64,000 nt of DNA, from assembly GCF_009914755.1 (NCBI RefSeq), contig NC_060939.1; one strand, written 5' to 3'. Positions within the stretch are counted from its first letter, which is position 1, and the number at the start of each line of letters is the position of its first letter. The notes beneath the pieces were generated by a model. That model did not search any database. It had not been told where the DNA came from and saw only the letters and a list, made by a program, of their open reading frames with translations. Positions 26,782 to 41,558 of this stretch are shown piece after piece. Position numbers and translations under genes: made by a program. Source of the DNA: the human T2T-CHM13v2.0 reference genome, Homo sapiens.

Positions 26782-27060
26782 GGCCAGGCATGGTGGCTCA
26801 CCCCTGTAATCCCATCACTTTGAGAGACTGAGGTGGGAGGCTGACTTGAGGCCAGGAGTTCAAGACCAGCCTGGGCAACATAAGAGACCCCCATCTCTAC
26901 AAAAATGTTCTAAAATTAACCTATGTGGGTGTGTGTGCCTGTAGTCCTAGCTACTTGGAAGGCTGAAGCAGGAGGATTGAACCCAAGAGTTCAAGGCTAT
27001 CGAGCGCCACTGCATTCCAGCCTGGACAACAGATCAAGACCCTGTCATTCATAAATAAAT
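26782..27060 (+). mobile_element. AluJ
   Basis: Dimer. Confidence 0.88.
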
Positions 27061-27569
27061 GAGAACATAAAACACATGCATACAGTCTTAGTAGAACCTA
27101 AATGGGATTTAAGGCTCTCTTCTGGGCTTTCTCCATGTGTTTCAACAAAATGAAATAGTTACCATTTGATGGCTATTTATGTATTTTCTTTATACACAAA
27201 GTGTACAAAATGTGCTTCATTTCTATATTACATAGGTAGAGGCTGTTGAGTCTCAGTAAAAAATTTCATTGACATTTTGTTTTTCTTAATCTGAATAGGA
27301 TTAAGTCTTGGTAATTTTAAATATACTGACTTCAGTTTGCTGTATTCAGCAAATATATTCACAGCTAAATGTCTCAAAATGTATTAAACAAGTGTTTACA
27401 CTTTGGTTTTATAACTGTACATCATCTTTATTACAAAAATCCCTATATTTTTAGCAGCTTATCCTTTTTACTATGTGCAGTGTCCAAATTAATGTTCCAC
27501 CAGAAGGGTATGTCTTATTAATAGCAAAGAGTTGATGAGCATATCAATTTCATGGGACATTAAAAGAAA

Positions 27570-27700
27570 TCATTTAATCCACACTTGCCCCACCTCACTC
27601 TATTTTTTAGGTAAAAAAAACTGAGGTCTAGAGAGGTTTAATGACTTATGTATCTCACATAGCTAGTTCACATCAGAGACAGAAATAGATCCTCTTGACT
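27570..27700 (-). mobile_element. MIR fragment
   Basis: aaactgaggtctagagaggtttaatgactt...cacatagctagt. Confidence 0.6.
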
Positions 27701-28814
27701 CTTATTTCCATGTTTGTTTCATTCCGTTGGCCTGTTTATGACCAAATAGTTGATGAATGGTAGCAGTTCCATTGACTAGTTTCTTTCCTTCTCTTCCAGT
27801 TCTTGCTGTCAGGGGAACTGGCTAATTAACAATCATTTATTATACACTATTTTAGAGCACAGTTCTCTTAAGCTGTCTCTCTGCCTTCATATGGCTTTAT
27901 GCCATAGATGGAGGCTTGGAGTAGAATCTGTCCCTGGCACGCAAACAACACAAGTCTGGAATTCCAGACCAGTGTTCTCTGAACAAGTGGCATCTGCCTT
28001 CTGGTCCCTGGGTGCCATAAAAAACAGAGTTAAACACTGACCTTGCCTGGTAAGGTTATGGTCTAAATTAAATAGTCAAAATACAAAAAAGATGTGAGGT
28101 AATAATGGGATTTAGCAACAGTGAGCCTAATGTTCTGCTTATCATTGTATAATGCAAGAAATTTCTTAGACGAGCATTGATACAAGGATTTGGTGGAAAC
28201 AGAGTCAGTGTGTCAGAAGGAGTAAATTATTTAAGTGTGTGAATACTGAGATACATTAATGTCAGGAAGGAAATGAGATGCCAAAAGTAGATGTATTTGA
28301 TAATTTGTTCCCTCTATCTTCCCCCAAATTATTTGGTGATGTGATTGTTACTTGACTTTCTTTTTCTTTGTTTTGGAGTAAGTGGAGTAAATAGGGTTAA
28401 GGCATTGAATGATTATCTCAGTTTATGTAGTCCTTAGAAAGTTGTAAACCATTAAATTATTTTAAATCGTTTTTTAAGAATGAGATAAACATTAAGACAC
28501 CAAGGTGACTTGATTATTTTTAAAGAGTACACATTCATGATGGGTTTTTTTTTTTCCTGAAAAACAGCTCCCCTAGTTCTGTAATCTTTTGACTTGCTGT
28601 AAAAAATGAAAATGTCTTTATTTCTAAATTCTAAACAACATGTGGTTGGGGAAATGTGGTGACATTAAGAAAAATACTCATATTCTGAACTTTAGGCAAA
28701 GCAACAGTGCAATACAGATGTAAATTATGTTATCAAGGACAATTTAGAATATACAACTGTTAAGAAAAGTGATTCCAAAGTGGAAATTAGATTTTGAGCT
28801 ACCTTTAATTATAG

Positions 28815-29178
<364 letters not shown>

Positions 29179-29454
29179 TAATTCTTCCCTGTTCATTCAT
29201 TTAGAATTTTTTACTACCCACCCACCTCACCCTCTCAAATTGAATTGTGCATTTTAATGTTCTCTTCTGGCCATTCTAATGATGGAAATGTAAACTGTTT
29301 TCTATAAACTTTCTCATCCTCACCTATTTATATTTAATTTGCAAATCTGATGTTAAGGGGAGAGAAGTGGAGAGCATGAGGAAGGGTAGTTGAGTTGGTG
29401 AATGTTTTGCATCCTAGAATACTTCATCACAGATGTTAAAGTCTCAGAAAGTCG

Positions 29455-29748
29455 TTTTTTTTTTTTTTTTTTCTTTGAGACAGTATCTCACTCTGTTGCT
29501 TAGGCTGGAATTCAGTGGACTCACTGCAGCCTCGACTTCCTGGGCTCAGGTGATTCTCCCATCTCAGCCCCCCTGGTAGCTGGGACTACAGGTGTGTACC
29601 ACCATGCCCAGATGATTTTTTGTATTTTTTGTAGAGTTGGGTTTTTGCCATGTTGCCCAGGCTGGTCTCGAACTCCTGGGCTCAAGTGATCCACAGCCTC
29701 AGCCTCTCAAAGTGCTGGGATTACAGATATGAGCCAGTGCACCCAGCC
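29455..29748 (-). mobile_element. AluJb-like
   Basis: Antisense dimer. TSD-like agaaagtc on both sides. Confidence 0.9.
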
Positions 29749-31412
29749 TAGAAAGTCATTTATAAAGCCTATTCAAATTGCCCAGGTCTGACTGTGTGCT
29801 TTTATCAGGGTAATAGGATGCTCCATTGGCATTTTAGCACTTCTGCCAGAATTATTGATTGGGAAGCTGCTTACAGTTCTGATGCACATCACAGGAAGCT
29901 GGTGCAAAATTAAGATGGCATATGTGATGAGATAAAGGCTGGGTTAGAAAAGTGATTACAACTGGGAACTTGCTAATCACTGACCTCTATAGGGATCCTG
30001 TGGTTTATCACTAATCTCACTCACACTTGGCATTTTCCTATGCTGCTGCCTCATCATTCATAGCTGTGTGAGTAATTTGGCATGGAGTGAACAAGAGGAG
30101 GGCATAGAGAGTCCAGCAGCTGTGCCTGTTGGCACTAGATATTTAAGCATCTTCACGGTAGCCAGCAGTGTGGTTGGCACAAATGTTAGCCAATAATGCT
30201 TAAACAAATTGTTGTGAAGAAAATAGGCAAGCATTTATTTAAAAATCCCCTTTCTCTTTTCTTTAAAAACAAAAAATCTGGTCAATTAAGATCCTTTTTA
30301 GATTCTTTTTCTGTACATTTGAGCAGATTACTACCAAAATAAAGTCTATAATTCTGACAGTATCTTCTAGACAAGAATTTCTGAATAGTTTATTAATTAA
30401 ACTGTGCAGGGTCTGTGTGAGGTACATGTTATTTGGTTGATTTTCCTAAAAGAGTGAGTGGGGTCATTGATGTTAAGCGACATGTTACTTTCCTAGTTGA
30501 CTCAATGAGAGCGAAGCAAGAGCTAAGAGACGAATCCAGTAATCAGAATTCCCAGGTCTTTGCTCTCATACTCTATGGCATTGCAGGTTTGCCCACTTTG
30601 TAAGTTAGCATTTTGTGTTTCTCCAGATGGTTAGTATGATTCAAATTGTATGATATTTTAATAGGATTTGCCCACAAAAGAGGAGCAGGTTCTCCACGAG
30701 CAAAAAGGTTAGGTAAATAATGAGTTTTCAAAGACACTCAAGGGGGAGGAGGATAGTCTGCTCATAAAACTGTCATCAGATTTAGATTTGTGCACAAATA
30801 TTTAGATTTGCCTATGTAAGGATTTCATATTGTTTCTCTGAAAAGTAAATATGGAAAAGCTCACATGACTTACACACTGAAATATTTCATTTTGAACATA
30901 GTAATGTTGATCTCATTAACTTTTTTGAAACATCCAGGAATTGTTTCTAGGTTAAGCTTTTAGCTTTTAAGAAAAACCAGTCTAATACGAACTACTTAAA
31001 TTATAACACATGGAGTTTTTCTGTGTAAAATATGCTGAATTCAAATTTATGAATGCAAATCAGAATGTCTTACAAAAATGAACAGAAATAATGTTGGCTT
31101 CCATACAAATAGAGAAGCTATTCTATTTTGTACTGTTGTGAAGGCAACAATTGTTTCTTGAATAGTATCTATTCATTGAAACTAATAAACTTGTCTGGAA
31201 ATTTTTAGGTATTTACTGGACTGCTGCAGAAAGAAATGCTGAGCAGGCTTTATATGCCATAATATCATTATCTCTGTCTGTTTCCTCATCAATACATTAT
31301 TTTCTATTGATAACAACAGAGCACACACCATGAGAGTATTGTAGAATTGCTTTGGTCTAAATTTGGGTGTTGAAGGCAGAGTGAAACTGAACACCATTCT
31401 CCAAGTGTGGAT

Positions 31413-31778
31413 TGTGGCTAATCTGCTCTGAGGTTGCTAATGAAGACATACCTGGGACTGGGTAATTTTTAAAGGAAAGAGGTTTAATTGACTCACAGTT
31501 CAGCATGGCTGGAGAGGCCTCAGGAAACTTAAATCATGGTGGAAGGAGAAGCAAACACATCCTTCTTCATGTGGTGGCAGCATGGAAAAGTGCAGAGCAA
31601 AGGGGGGAAAAGTCCCTTATAAAACCATCAGATCTCATGAGAACTCACCATCATAAGGACAGCATGGAGGTAACCACCCCCATGGTTCGATTACCTCCCA
31701 CCAGGTCCCTCCCACGACGTGGGGATTATGGAAACTACAGTTCTAGATGAGATTTGGGTGGGCACACAAACCATATCA
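31413..31778 (-). mobile_element. THE1 (MaLR) solo LTR
   Basis: aaagaggtttaattgactcacagttc...ggaggcc-type core; ends aaccatatca (reverse complement TGATATGG). Confidence 0.9.
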
Positions 31779-31956
31779 GGCACCTTCTAACCTTTGCGGT
31801 ATTTTTAGTAAATATATATTATCAAATACTAGATTTCTGTCACTAAAAAGAGCTAAATGTCTAACAAATGTAGCAGTACTTCTAAAACTTGGTCATCCAG
31901 TAGGCTATAAGCTTTTTCATTGTTTGGCACCTATTGAGGGTAGAGCTTGTGGGGGT

Positions 31957-32266
31957 TTTTTTGTTTGTGTTTTGTTTTTTGTTTTTTGAGGCAGGGTCTC
32001 ACTCTGTCTCCTAGGCTGAAATGCAGTGGCATGATCATAGCTCACTGCGGCCTCAAACTCCCAGGTTCAAGCAGTCCTCCCACCTCAGTCTCCTGTGACT
32101 ACAGGTATGCACCACCATGCCCAGCTAAGTTTTTTTTTTTATTTTTTATAAAGGTCAGTTCTCACTATGTTGCCCAGGCTGGTCTTGAACTCCTGAGCTC
32201 TAGCAGTCCTCCCACCTCAGCCTCCCTAAGTGCTGGGATTACAGGCATGAGCCACAGCACCCGGCC
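31957..32266 (-). mobile_element. AluJ
   Basis: Antisense dimer. Confidence 0.9.
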
Positions 32267-32874
32267 AGAAGCTTGTGTCTTACTCATCTCCTAACCTCTT
32301 CATCTGTCAGTGACTAGCCCATAAATGTTTGATGGAATGTATGGATCTTAGATTCTTCTGTCCAGTCAATGTTTGGATATTTGTAATTGAGATGGGGAGA
32401 AATGGGAATGTAGAACTGTGCCTGTCCACTCCCACCTTCACTGTGACTGCCGATTGTATCTTATGTCAAAAGAATAGCATTAGTTTGTATTTCTGTAAGC
32501 ATTGAAAGGTTATAACTTAAGTATATTAGTGGTAGAGAGCAAGATAACTTTTTTTTAAGTCTGAGAATATTTGTTAGGGTAACTAATGCCTCTAAGAGTT
32601 TATGAGTCTGGAGAAAATAATTTCTTGAACTTCAGTCATTTGCTGTTTCTTGAATAAATGTTTTAAATACTGTATAAATTAGTCAGAATTATCTGTCATT
32701 TCTTGAGCAATTTTTAGTTTAGGTCAGAAAATGCTGAATGTAGTTAATGTAAACCATGTAAGTTTAGCTACTTAAAATACCTTTGCACACAAGTTATGTG
32801 TCTGATGGTTTAATATACATATATATGTCTTATTCTTGTATATTTTCCAATAATATGTTGCTATTCTACTAGAG

Positions 32875-33358
32875 TTGGGTTTCTTAACCTGGAGTCCAGA
32901 GAATCCCAGGACAGAAGGAAAATCAGTGAACTTGAATGGGAAAAAATTGTCATCTTTATTTTTACCAATCTCTAAGTGAAATTTAGCATGGCCTTCCATT
33001 TTGAATACGGATAACAAAATAATCCAGACAGTACCTACAGTTTTTGTCACAGTAGAACAATAGATATTTTCATATCATAATTGTTGCAGATATCTTAAGC
33101 TATTATTTATGCTTTCAAATTATTATTAGTCCTGCTGCTAAATCTTATTAATGTGTTAATAAATTACAGGAAATGTGAGGTTTTTAAAAGAACATTTTGA
33201 TGATTACGTGTCATTGTACATTAAAATACTTACATTTTGTTTTGTACATTTATAATCGTGATTCTGAGAAGTCCGCCCAAGAGGCCCATGCACATGTGCA
33301 CACACCGATACCTATACACACTCACACCCCCGCAACACAAGAGTGTAGTAAAAACCCT
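32875..33358. mobile_element. hAT-Tip100 DNA transposon relic (MER115/Zaphod-like)
   Basis: gggtttcttaacctgg...gtgaacttgaatgggaaaaaatt...gaaatttagcat...gatattttcatatca...aaaaaccctg. Family recalled, not aligned. Confidence 0.6.
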
Positions 33359-34175
33359 GTATTAGACTATCCCAGAGAATTCTTTGTAATAATTTTTTCA
33401 TAGGTGCTTCAAGGAAAATTAGATATATGTTACATTACTAGTAGTTCTTAAACTGTTTTCAGCTGAAGTTGACTGGTTAAAATTGTCTATACTTCATTTA
33501 TGTATATTTATGTTAAAAAAAAAAAAAGGTTGGTAGAAACCCTTAATACAGTAGCCAGAGATTTTTGTTGTCAGATGCCTGAGATAAAAGAAAGATAATG
33601 TATATGATTAATTTTAATTCATGAAAATAGTTCTTGTGAAAAGTAATTTTGAAAGAATTAAAAATGAATGCCTCCTAAGTCTTAGACTGAGTATGCATTA
33701 TTTTATTTCAAGGATACTCAAACTTATAAGTCCTTAAGAAAATAACTAGTTTCTAATAAATGAAAGGTGAAATAAAAATGTATTTACAGTTCAAAATCTT
33801 ATTTGAATAGATTAAGTATCATTTTGAAAATAAGCTATCAACTTTCATTTCAGAAGAAACTTTTACTTTGTAACATCTTCAGCTTATGTTAAATTAGTTT
33901 TCATTCTCTTTGAATTCAATGTCCTTTATGAAAGGATAAGGAATTTTAATAAGCACAGGAAAGTAAGTTTAAAACTTTAGGTTTTTTAAAATGATCTATC
34001 ATATGGGTAGCCTCGACACAGATAATTAAGATTGTATTTAAAAGCTGTACATTATTAAAAACAGAGCTAATATTCACCTTTAACCTTGTTCCTTTTTCCA
34101 CTTCAACTTTTTTTTTTTAAAGAGTTCTTACTAGGACATTTGATTCAAAATACAATACAGTATTAACTTGTGATG

Positions 34176-34486
<311 letters not shown>

Positions 34487-34696
34487 TTAAAAAAACTCTA
34501 CAGGTGAATAGGATGTTCAAAATTGTTTATTGATATGATACATAATTATTTTTAAAAACCTTAGAAATAGACTAGTATCATTTTCATTAAAGTATACATG
34601 TCATGCTGACTAATTGACGTAGAAGTTTTACAACTCTAAATCTGACATCTGTTAACCCTTTAGATATGCAAAATAATCCTTGAAATAATAATGCTA

Positions 34697-35005
<309 letters not shown>

Positions 35006-35049
35006 TAAAACTAGTTACTACAAAATAAAACCATTAAAGGATTGTACAC

Positions 35050-35397
35050 TTGCAATTCTGACATACACAGCCTTCCCTGCATGTAATCAAAATGGATCAG
35101 AAATCTTCTTGGAACAAGAAGATGGCAGAGACTGAAGGGAACTGCCAACTTAGAATGACTGGCATAGAAGGAATTACTGAAACTCAGGGAAGGTAATTGT
35201 GTTCTTCTTTGGCAGGTCCGGTTTCTAAATAGATAGGGAATTTCAGAGAACAACTTCATTCTGTGCTTTGCAAAAAACAGAAGATTGTGGGGAGGGGTCT
35301 GGTGGAGAGGGCATGACTTAGAGAGACCTTGAGGCTGCTGCTTCAATCCAGCATGTCAAAGCACCATGTTTGGGGGCCTTAGTTACTGAGCCTCAAA
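35050..35397 (-). mobile_element. ERV1 LTR fragment, MER39-like
   Basis: agagaccttgaggctgctgcttca...cagcatgtcaaagcaccat...ctgagcctcaa. Confidence 0.6.
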
Positions 35398-35552
35398 AAT
35401 ACCACATTTGCAAATTCATTTAGTATATTGAATACAAATGAGTGAGTACCCTACTGTTAATTGTTAACGCTGTGAGACTTAACCTCCATTCTCCCTCAAG
35501 AACTGGCCCATACTATTACTGATACTTGGCCATGAAAGTTTTGAACTGTGGG

Positions 35553-35927
35553 TGTATTAGTTCGTTCTCACGCTGCTAATAAAGACATAACCCAAGACTG
35601 TGTAATTTATAAAGGAAAGAGGTTTAATTGACTCACAGTTCAACATGGCTGGGGAGACCTCAGGAAACTTACAGTCATGGCAGAAGGGGAAGCAAAAGTG
35701 TCCTCCTTCACATGGCAGCAGCAAGGAGAAGTACCGAGCAAAAGGGGAAAAACCCCTTATAAAATCATCAGATCTTGTGAGAACTCACTATCATAAGAAC
35801 AGCAGCATGGGGGTAACCGCCTCCATGATTCAGTTACCTCCCACCAGGTCCCTCCCACGACATGTCGGGATTATGGGATCTGCAATTCAGGGTGAGATTT
35901 GGGTGAGGACACAGCCAAACCGTATCA
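35553..35927 (-). mobile_element. THE1 (MaLR) complete solo LTR
   Basis: TG...CA termini. 5-bp TSD gtggg at 35548-35552 and 35928-35932. Confidence 0.95.
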
Positions 35928-35949
35928 GTGGGTATAGTCACAATAAGAA

Positions 35950-36255
35950 TTTTTTTTTCTTTTTTGTTTTTTGTTTTGAGACGAGTCTCACCCTGTCACC
36001 CAGGCTGGAGTACAATGGCACGATCTTGGCTGACCACAACCTCTGCCTCCTGGGTTCAAATGATTCTCTTGCCTCAGCTTCTCGAGTAGCTGGGCTAACA
36101 GGCGTGTGCCACCACACTTGGCTAATTTTTGTATTTATAGTAGAGATGAGGTTTCACCATTTTGGCCACGCTGGTCTTGAACTCCTGACCTCAGGTTATC
36201 CGCCCGCCTCGGCCTCCCAAAGTGCTGGGATTGCAGGCGTGAGCCACTGCCCCCC
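35950..36255 (-). mobile_element. AluSx-like
   Basis: Antisense dimer. Degenerate TSD caca(at/gc)aagaatt. Confidence 0.92.
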
Positions 36256-36412
36256 ACCACAGCAAGAATTCTTACATGTTGCTGGGAAGAATATAAATGG
36301 GCGTGGTGACTGCTGAGAATAATAAGGCAATCAATGCCTATAAAGCTGAAAGTTCGCATCCTTTAATCTACCAGTTTCCCTTCTTTGTGTCTATCCTGAA
36401 GGAATGTATGTC

Positions 36413-36416
<4 letters not shown>

Positions 36417-36448
<32 letters not shown>
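36417..36448 (+). repeat. (TG)16 microsatellite
   Basis: Direct count. Confidence 0.95.
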
Positions 36449-36451
<3 letters not shown>

Positions 36452-36823
36452 ACACGAGATGTGCAAGGATATTTGTTTCAATATTGCTCATGACAAAAAA
36501 ATATAAAAACTATCTTTCCGTAGGGAAATATATAAACTGGTTTTATTTGTATAATGGAATATTGTATAGCAGTAAAGATGCTCAAACTAGGGATCTGTTA
36601 TCAACACACAGCTCAAAAACATAATATATGGAAATACAGGTTTCAAGATAAAAACCATGTAATTCCATCTGTTTAAATATATTAAATGCAAACAGTAATG
36701 TATATTGTTCGAGAACATGAATATATATTTAAGAGTATAAAACATACATGGTAATCATGCACATCATTATTATGATAATGGTTATCCAGAGGTGTGGTTT
36801 GAGCTATGTCTATACTGTATTAA

Positions 36824-37119
36824 TTTTTTTTTTTTTTTGAGGCGGAGTCTTGTTCTGTCACCCAGGCTAGAGTGCAGTGTTGTGATCTTGGCTCACTGCA
36901 ACCTCCGCCTCCTGGGTTCAAGTGATTCTCCTGCCTCAGCCTCCTGAGTAGCTGGGACTACAGGCGCATACCACCATGCCTGGCTAATTTTTTGTATTTT
37001 TAGTAGAGACAGGGTTTCACCTTGTTAGCCAGGATTGTCTTGATCTCCTTACCTCGTGATCCGCCCGCCTTCGCCTCCCAAAGTGCTGGGATTACAGGCG
37101 TGAGCCACTGTGCCTGGCC
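36824..37119 (-). mobile_element. AluS (Sc-like)
   Basis: Antisense dimer. TSD atactgtattaattttt. Confidence 0.93.
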
Positions 37120-37304
37120 CAATACTGTATTAATTTTTGAGAGAGAAAGAAGAGAAGAAGGTTCAGTCTGAAGCAAACATGGGAAAACATTCTAACTAGT
37201 GGGTACATGTATCATATTGTTGGCTATATAAATGTCTTTCATTCTTTTAAATGTGTTTTAAAATACTATACGTTGAAAATAAAGTATTTACATGCTACTT
37301 TATA

Positions 37305-37502
37305 TAGCTCAAGTGATCCTCCCACCTCAGCCTCCTGAGTAGCTGGGAATACAGGCATATATCACCATGCTAATTTTTTATTTTTTGTAGAGAGGCTTCA
37401 CTATTGCCCACGCTAGTCTTGAGCTACTGGACTAAAGCAGTCCTCCCACCTCAGCCTCCCAAAGTGCTGAGATTACAGACGTGAGTCACTACATCCTGCC
37501 CA
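37305..37502 (-). mobile_element. Truncated AluJ
   Basis: gctcaagtgatcctcccacctcagcc...gtgagtcactacatcctgcc. Confidence 0.85.
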
Positions 37503-37685
37503 GAATTTGACTCAGACTGACTGAAGTGATAGCAAGTTTTACAAATTATTGAATTGTATCCTCTTATTTCTAATTTGTTCTTTCTATTTTAAAACTGCAA
37601 TATAATTACCATGAATAGTCTAGCAGTTTGATTGTCTGTCAATAAATGAAGGGTTTTATATAAAGTTAATTTCTTTGTTTTATAG

Positions 37686-37750
37686 GAAAAACATCAGAGA
37701 GAGGCTCATTTTCCCTGTACAGCAGAGATACTGGATTACCAGGCTGTCAA
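37686..37750 (+). CDS. TCF12: TCF12 (HEB) internal coding exon, 65 nt (canonical exon 6); phase 1 to phase 0
   Basis: Acceptor ttctttgttttatag|G and donor CAA|gtaagt. Translates (G)[21 protein letters not shown], which matches the TCF12 N-terminal region as I recall it and continues in frame into the exon at 63425. Confidence 0.97.
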
Positions 37751-38562
37751 GTAAGTTTAATGATTAAAAAAAGCAATGAGATGGTTTTTAAACACATAAA
37801 TAAAGGCTCTATTAATAGATGAGATAGAAATTATCCAATTTATTTCACTACTGTTTGTTTAATTTGTAACTAAGTGTTGTTTTTTGCTCTCTTTGCTTAA
37901 AATTGTTTCAGTTCCCCAGTTTACCAGGCTGTCTTTATCATCAAAGATTTTCATAACCCACCTCCATTTTAACTGGAAACAAAGCTACCGCTTTCCAAAA
38001 TGCTTGTCATTTCTGAGAAATTTTTTTGCATATTTTCTCACAGAAAACGTAATTGGTGGTACATAAAGAATATATGATTGATCTGCATAGCTTAAATATC
38101 CTGTAATGTCAAACTGATCATTAATATTGGAAGTATTTTGTTTTCAATCCTGCATGTAACCAATTTTTAGGCTTCACACCCTCCCTGACTTGGAATCTTT
38201 GTTTCAACTCTCCCACCTTCTCTAGCATTTTGTGCTTCTGCTAATGGGCATCTTTTCTGCCTTTTTCCTCATATCTTTAGACTGAGAATCCTGAACACAC
38301 AATTCACCTGCAGATTCCCATCAGAATCAAGCCAAAAAGAATAGAAAGGAAAGGCAGAACATACTAAATTTGTTTTCTGCCATCTGCATGCTCTACATGA
38401 GGGCCCACCCTAATTTCAGGCATGGGCATGTGAGCCGGTTTTAACTGCCATGCTAATAATACTCCATTTAATACATATTTCATAATTGTGCCTCTAAGAG
38501 AGTTTTACATAACATCCTGTTTTGTGATATGCCTTCCCATTATAAAATAATGTATTGTAGTA

Positions 38563-38915
<353 letters not shown>

Positions 38916-39312
38916 AAAATAAATATATTGTAAAAATTCAGGATCATATATTCCCATGTCCTTAATGGCAAATAGGCATGGTCTGAATAAGTGATTTGTT
39001 AAATATCATAGATTTGGGGGTAGTTACTGGACCAACACTCAGATTTCTTGGCTTCAGACCAAGCAGTCTTACTCTATTTTCATCCAAGTGATTTTTTAAA
39101 GTTTTAGTGTTGTTAATGATTGCTCTATTTTCCGTTTATGGTTAGCTTTATTTTATTCTAGTCATTTAAAATATATATAGATTAGCATTGTGTCATAGCC
39201 AGTGTTTTGCCTTACCAGCTCTTACTAGCTGACAAGAGCCGAATCTGTTAAACTTTTAGGAATTTAGCAAGTATGGTTGACATCACACTGATATCTTAAA
39301 ATTGGCTATTAT

Positions 39313-39445
39313 GAGCTGGGCACTGTGGTTTATACTTGTAGTCCCAGCTACTTGGAAAGCCAAAGCAGAAGGATCACTTCAGCTCAGTAGTACAAGTCCA
39401 GCCTGGGCAATGTAGCCAGATTGCATCTCTAAAAAAAAATAAATA
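39313..39445 (+). mobile_element. FLAM / Alu monomer
   Basis: gctgggcactgtgg...ccagcctgggcaa...ctctaaaaaaa. Confidence 0.8.
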
Positions 39446-40013
39446 AAAACAAGCAAAACAATGGCCATCAAGGAAGTATTTACACTGCACTGTGGAAATT
39501 CAAAAATGTTACAATTCAGGGCTTCCATTTTTTTAAACAGTTGTTAAACATTTACCAGCATACCGCTCATGCCTAGTTAAAAATTGCAGAGAACCACAGA
39601 ATATAAGTGCTTATTCAGATCACAGTAAAAAATAGAAAAGCAGCAATTGAACATCTAGCCCCCATTAAGGTATCTTTCTGACCTTTTTCAAAGGTAACAG
39701 TGCTTTAAGGCCAACCAAGATACACAATTTATTCTGTATAGTTTTAGCAATATCCATTGATGAAAACCAAAATATCCTCTTTTTTGGTCCATATCAAATG
39801 TGGATTGGTGATTGTAATATTTCTGCAATTCATAGTTGATATCAGAACTCATTCTTTTTTATGATACAAGTTACTGTTTGAATTTCATAGTCTGAATTTT
39901 AGTTCATAAATGACTTGGATTGGAGGCCGTGGATCTAATTTCTGATCTTGGCTATAGTACTCATTTTGAGAGTTTTGTAGGCCACCTAACCATCATTCTT
40001 CTGAATCTCTTCA

Positions 40014-40368
<355 letters not shown>

Positions 40369-41558
40369 TCATTTGGACAATGAATGATTGATAAAAGTAA
40401 CTACAAAGAATCCTGTAGGTTTAAGCTTCTAAGCTGTGCAAACTGCCTCTGTGACATATCATTAAGCTAACTTGTCTGCCACCCTGCTTCAGGGCCTTAA
40501 AAGTCTTTTCGTCTTCATCTTAAATCTAAGATAGCAGCTTAGTTAGGCAGTATTGAATCTTACATGTATTCTCATAAGAATACCTCATAACCATAACAAA
40601 TTTGTTTAATTATCAGATATATGAAAGTGCTTTTCTCAGTTCCTAATCATACAGTAGAAGGTCAGTAAATGTCAGTTGAGGGGGGTAAGACAGAGGTTTA
40701 GAGTGAAGAGACCTAGGTTCAAGTCCCATCTCTGCACTGATTTCTATCTGAAAGATAGGATTAGCCATTTCTGCTTCTGCCTACTTAGTAGATCTCTGAA
40801 GGTTAAACTGTATGGGCTTATGAAAACATTTCAAAAAATAAATAAATAATTTTAAAGTTCTCAATTCATGTAATCCACATAACAAAAGATATTTTGGATC
40901 CTTAATATTATTTTTAAGAGACCTAAATGTTTGAGAGCCACTGGGCTAATGTTAACATTACTGCTAAACTTGAGGGGGGAGAAAACACTATTGTAAGCTT
41001 TTTGAGACCACAGCTAAGTCTAATAAATCATAATTCATGCTTATATTAATGTTTTTATTATGTTCAAATGTTTTCACTTACGTATTTATACCCTCTTGGC
41101 AAAGGTATTGCTGTTTAGTTAGAGTCAGCAATAAGTTCTATTAATGTAATTGTCCAGTTTTGCAAAGGTGAATCTTAACAGTTTTTACCAAGGATTAATG
41201 TGCATTTGTACCACATTTAATTCTCATATCAAAAGACATTTATTTTAAACCTAAATGTGTAGCGCTCTAATAAAATTTGCTACCATTTGCTGAGCACTAA
41301 CTGAACCAGCCATTGAACTAAACATAATCACATTTAATTCTTTTAACAACAACTCATTTTGCAGATTAGTAAACAGAGGTTCTCCTAAGGTATTATGCTT
41401 AAGGCTACATATCTAGCAAGTGGTAAACTTAAACTCATGCTTGAGTGTTTTGACTATATGACTATACTTCAGCATAGGAATCCATCAGATTTCAACTCCG
41501 TGCCCTTATTACCTTCCTTCATTTTTATTTGTTTGAGAAGGAGACAGGGAATTAAAAA

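Noticed and set aside
35645-36316. 223-aa ORF, the longest in the track
   Set aside because: Chimera of a THE1 LTR and an antisense Alu translation (SLTLSPRLE..., [11 protein letters not shown]...).
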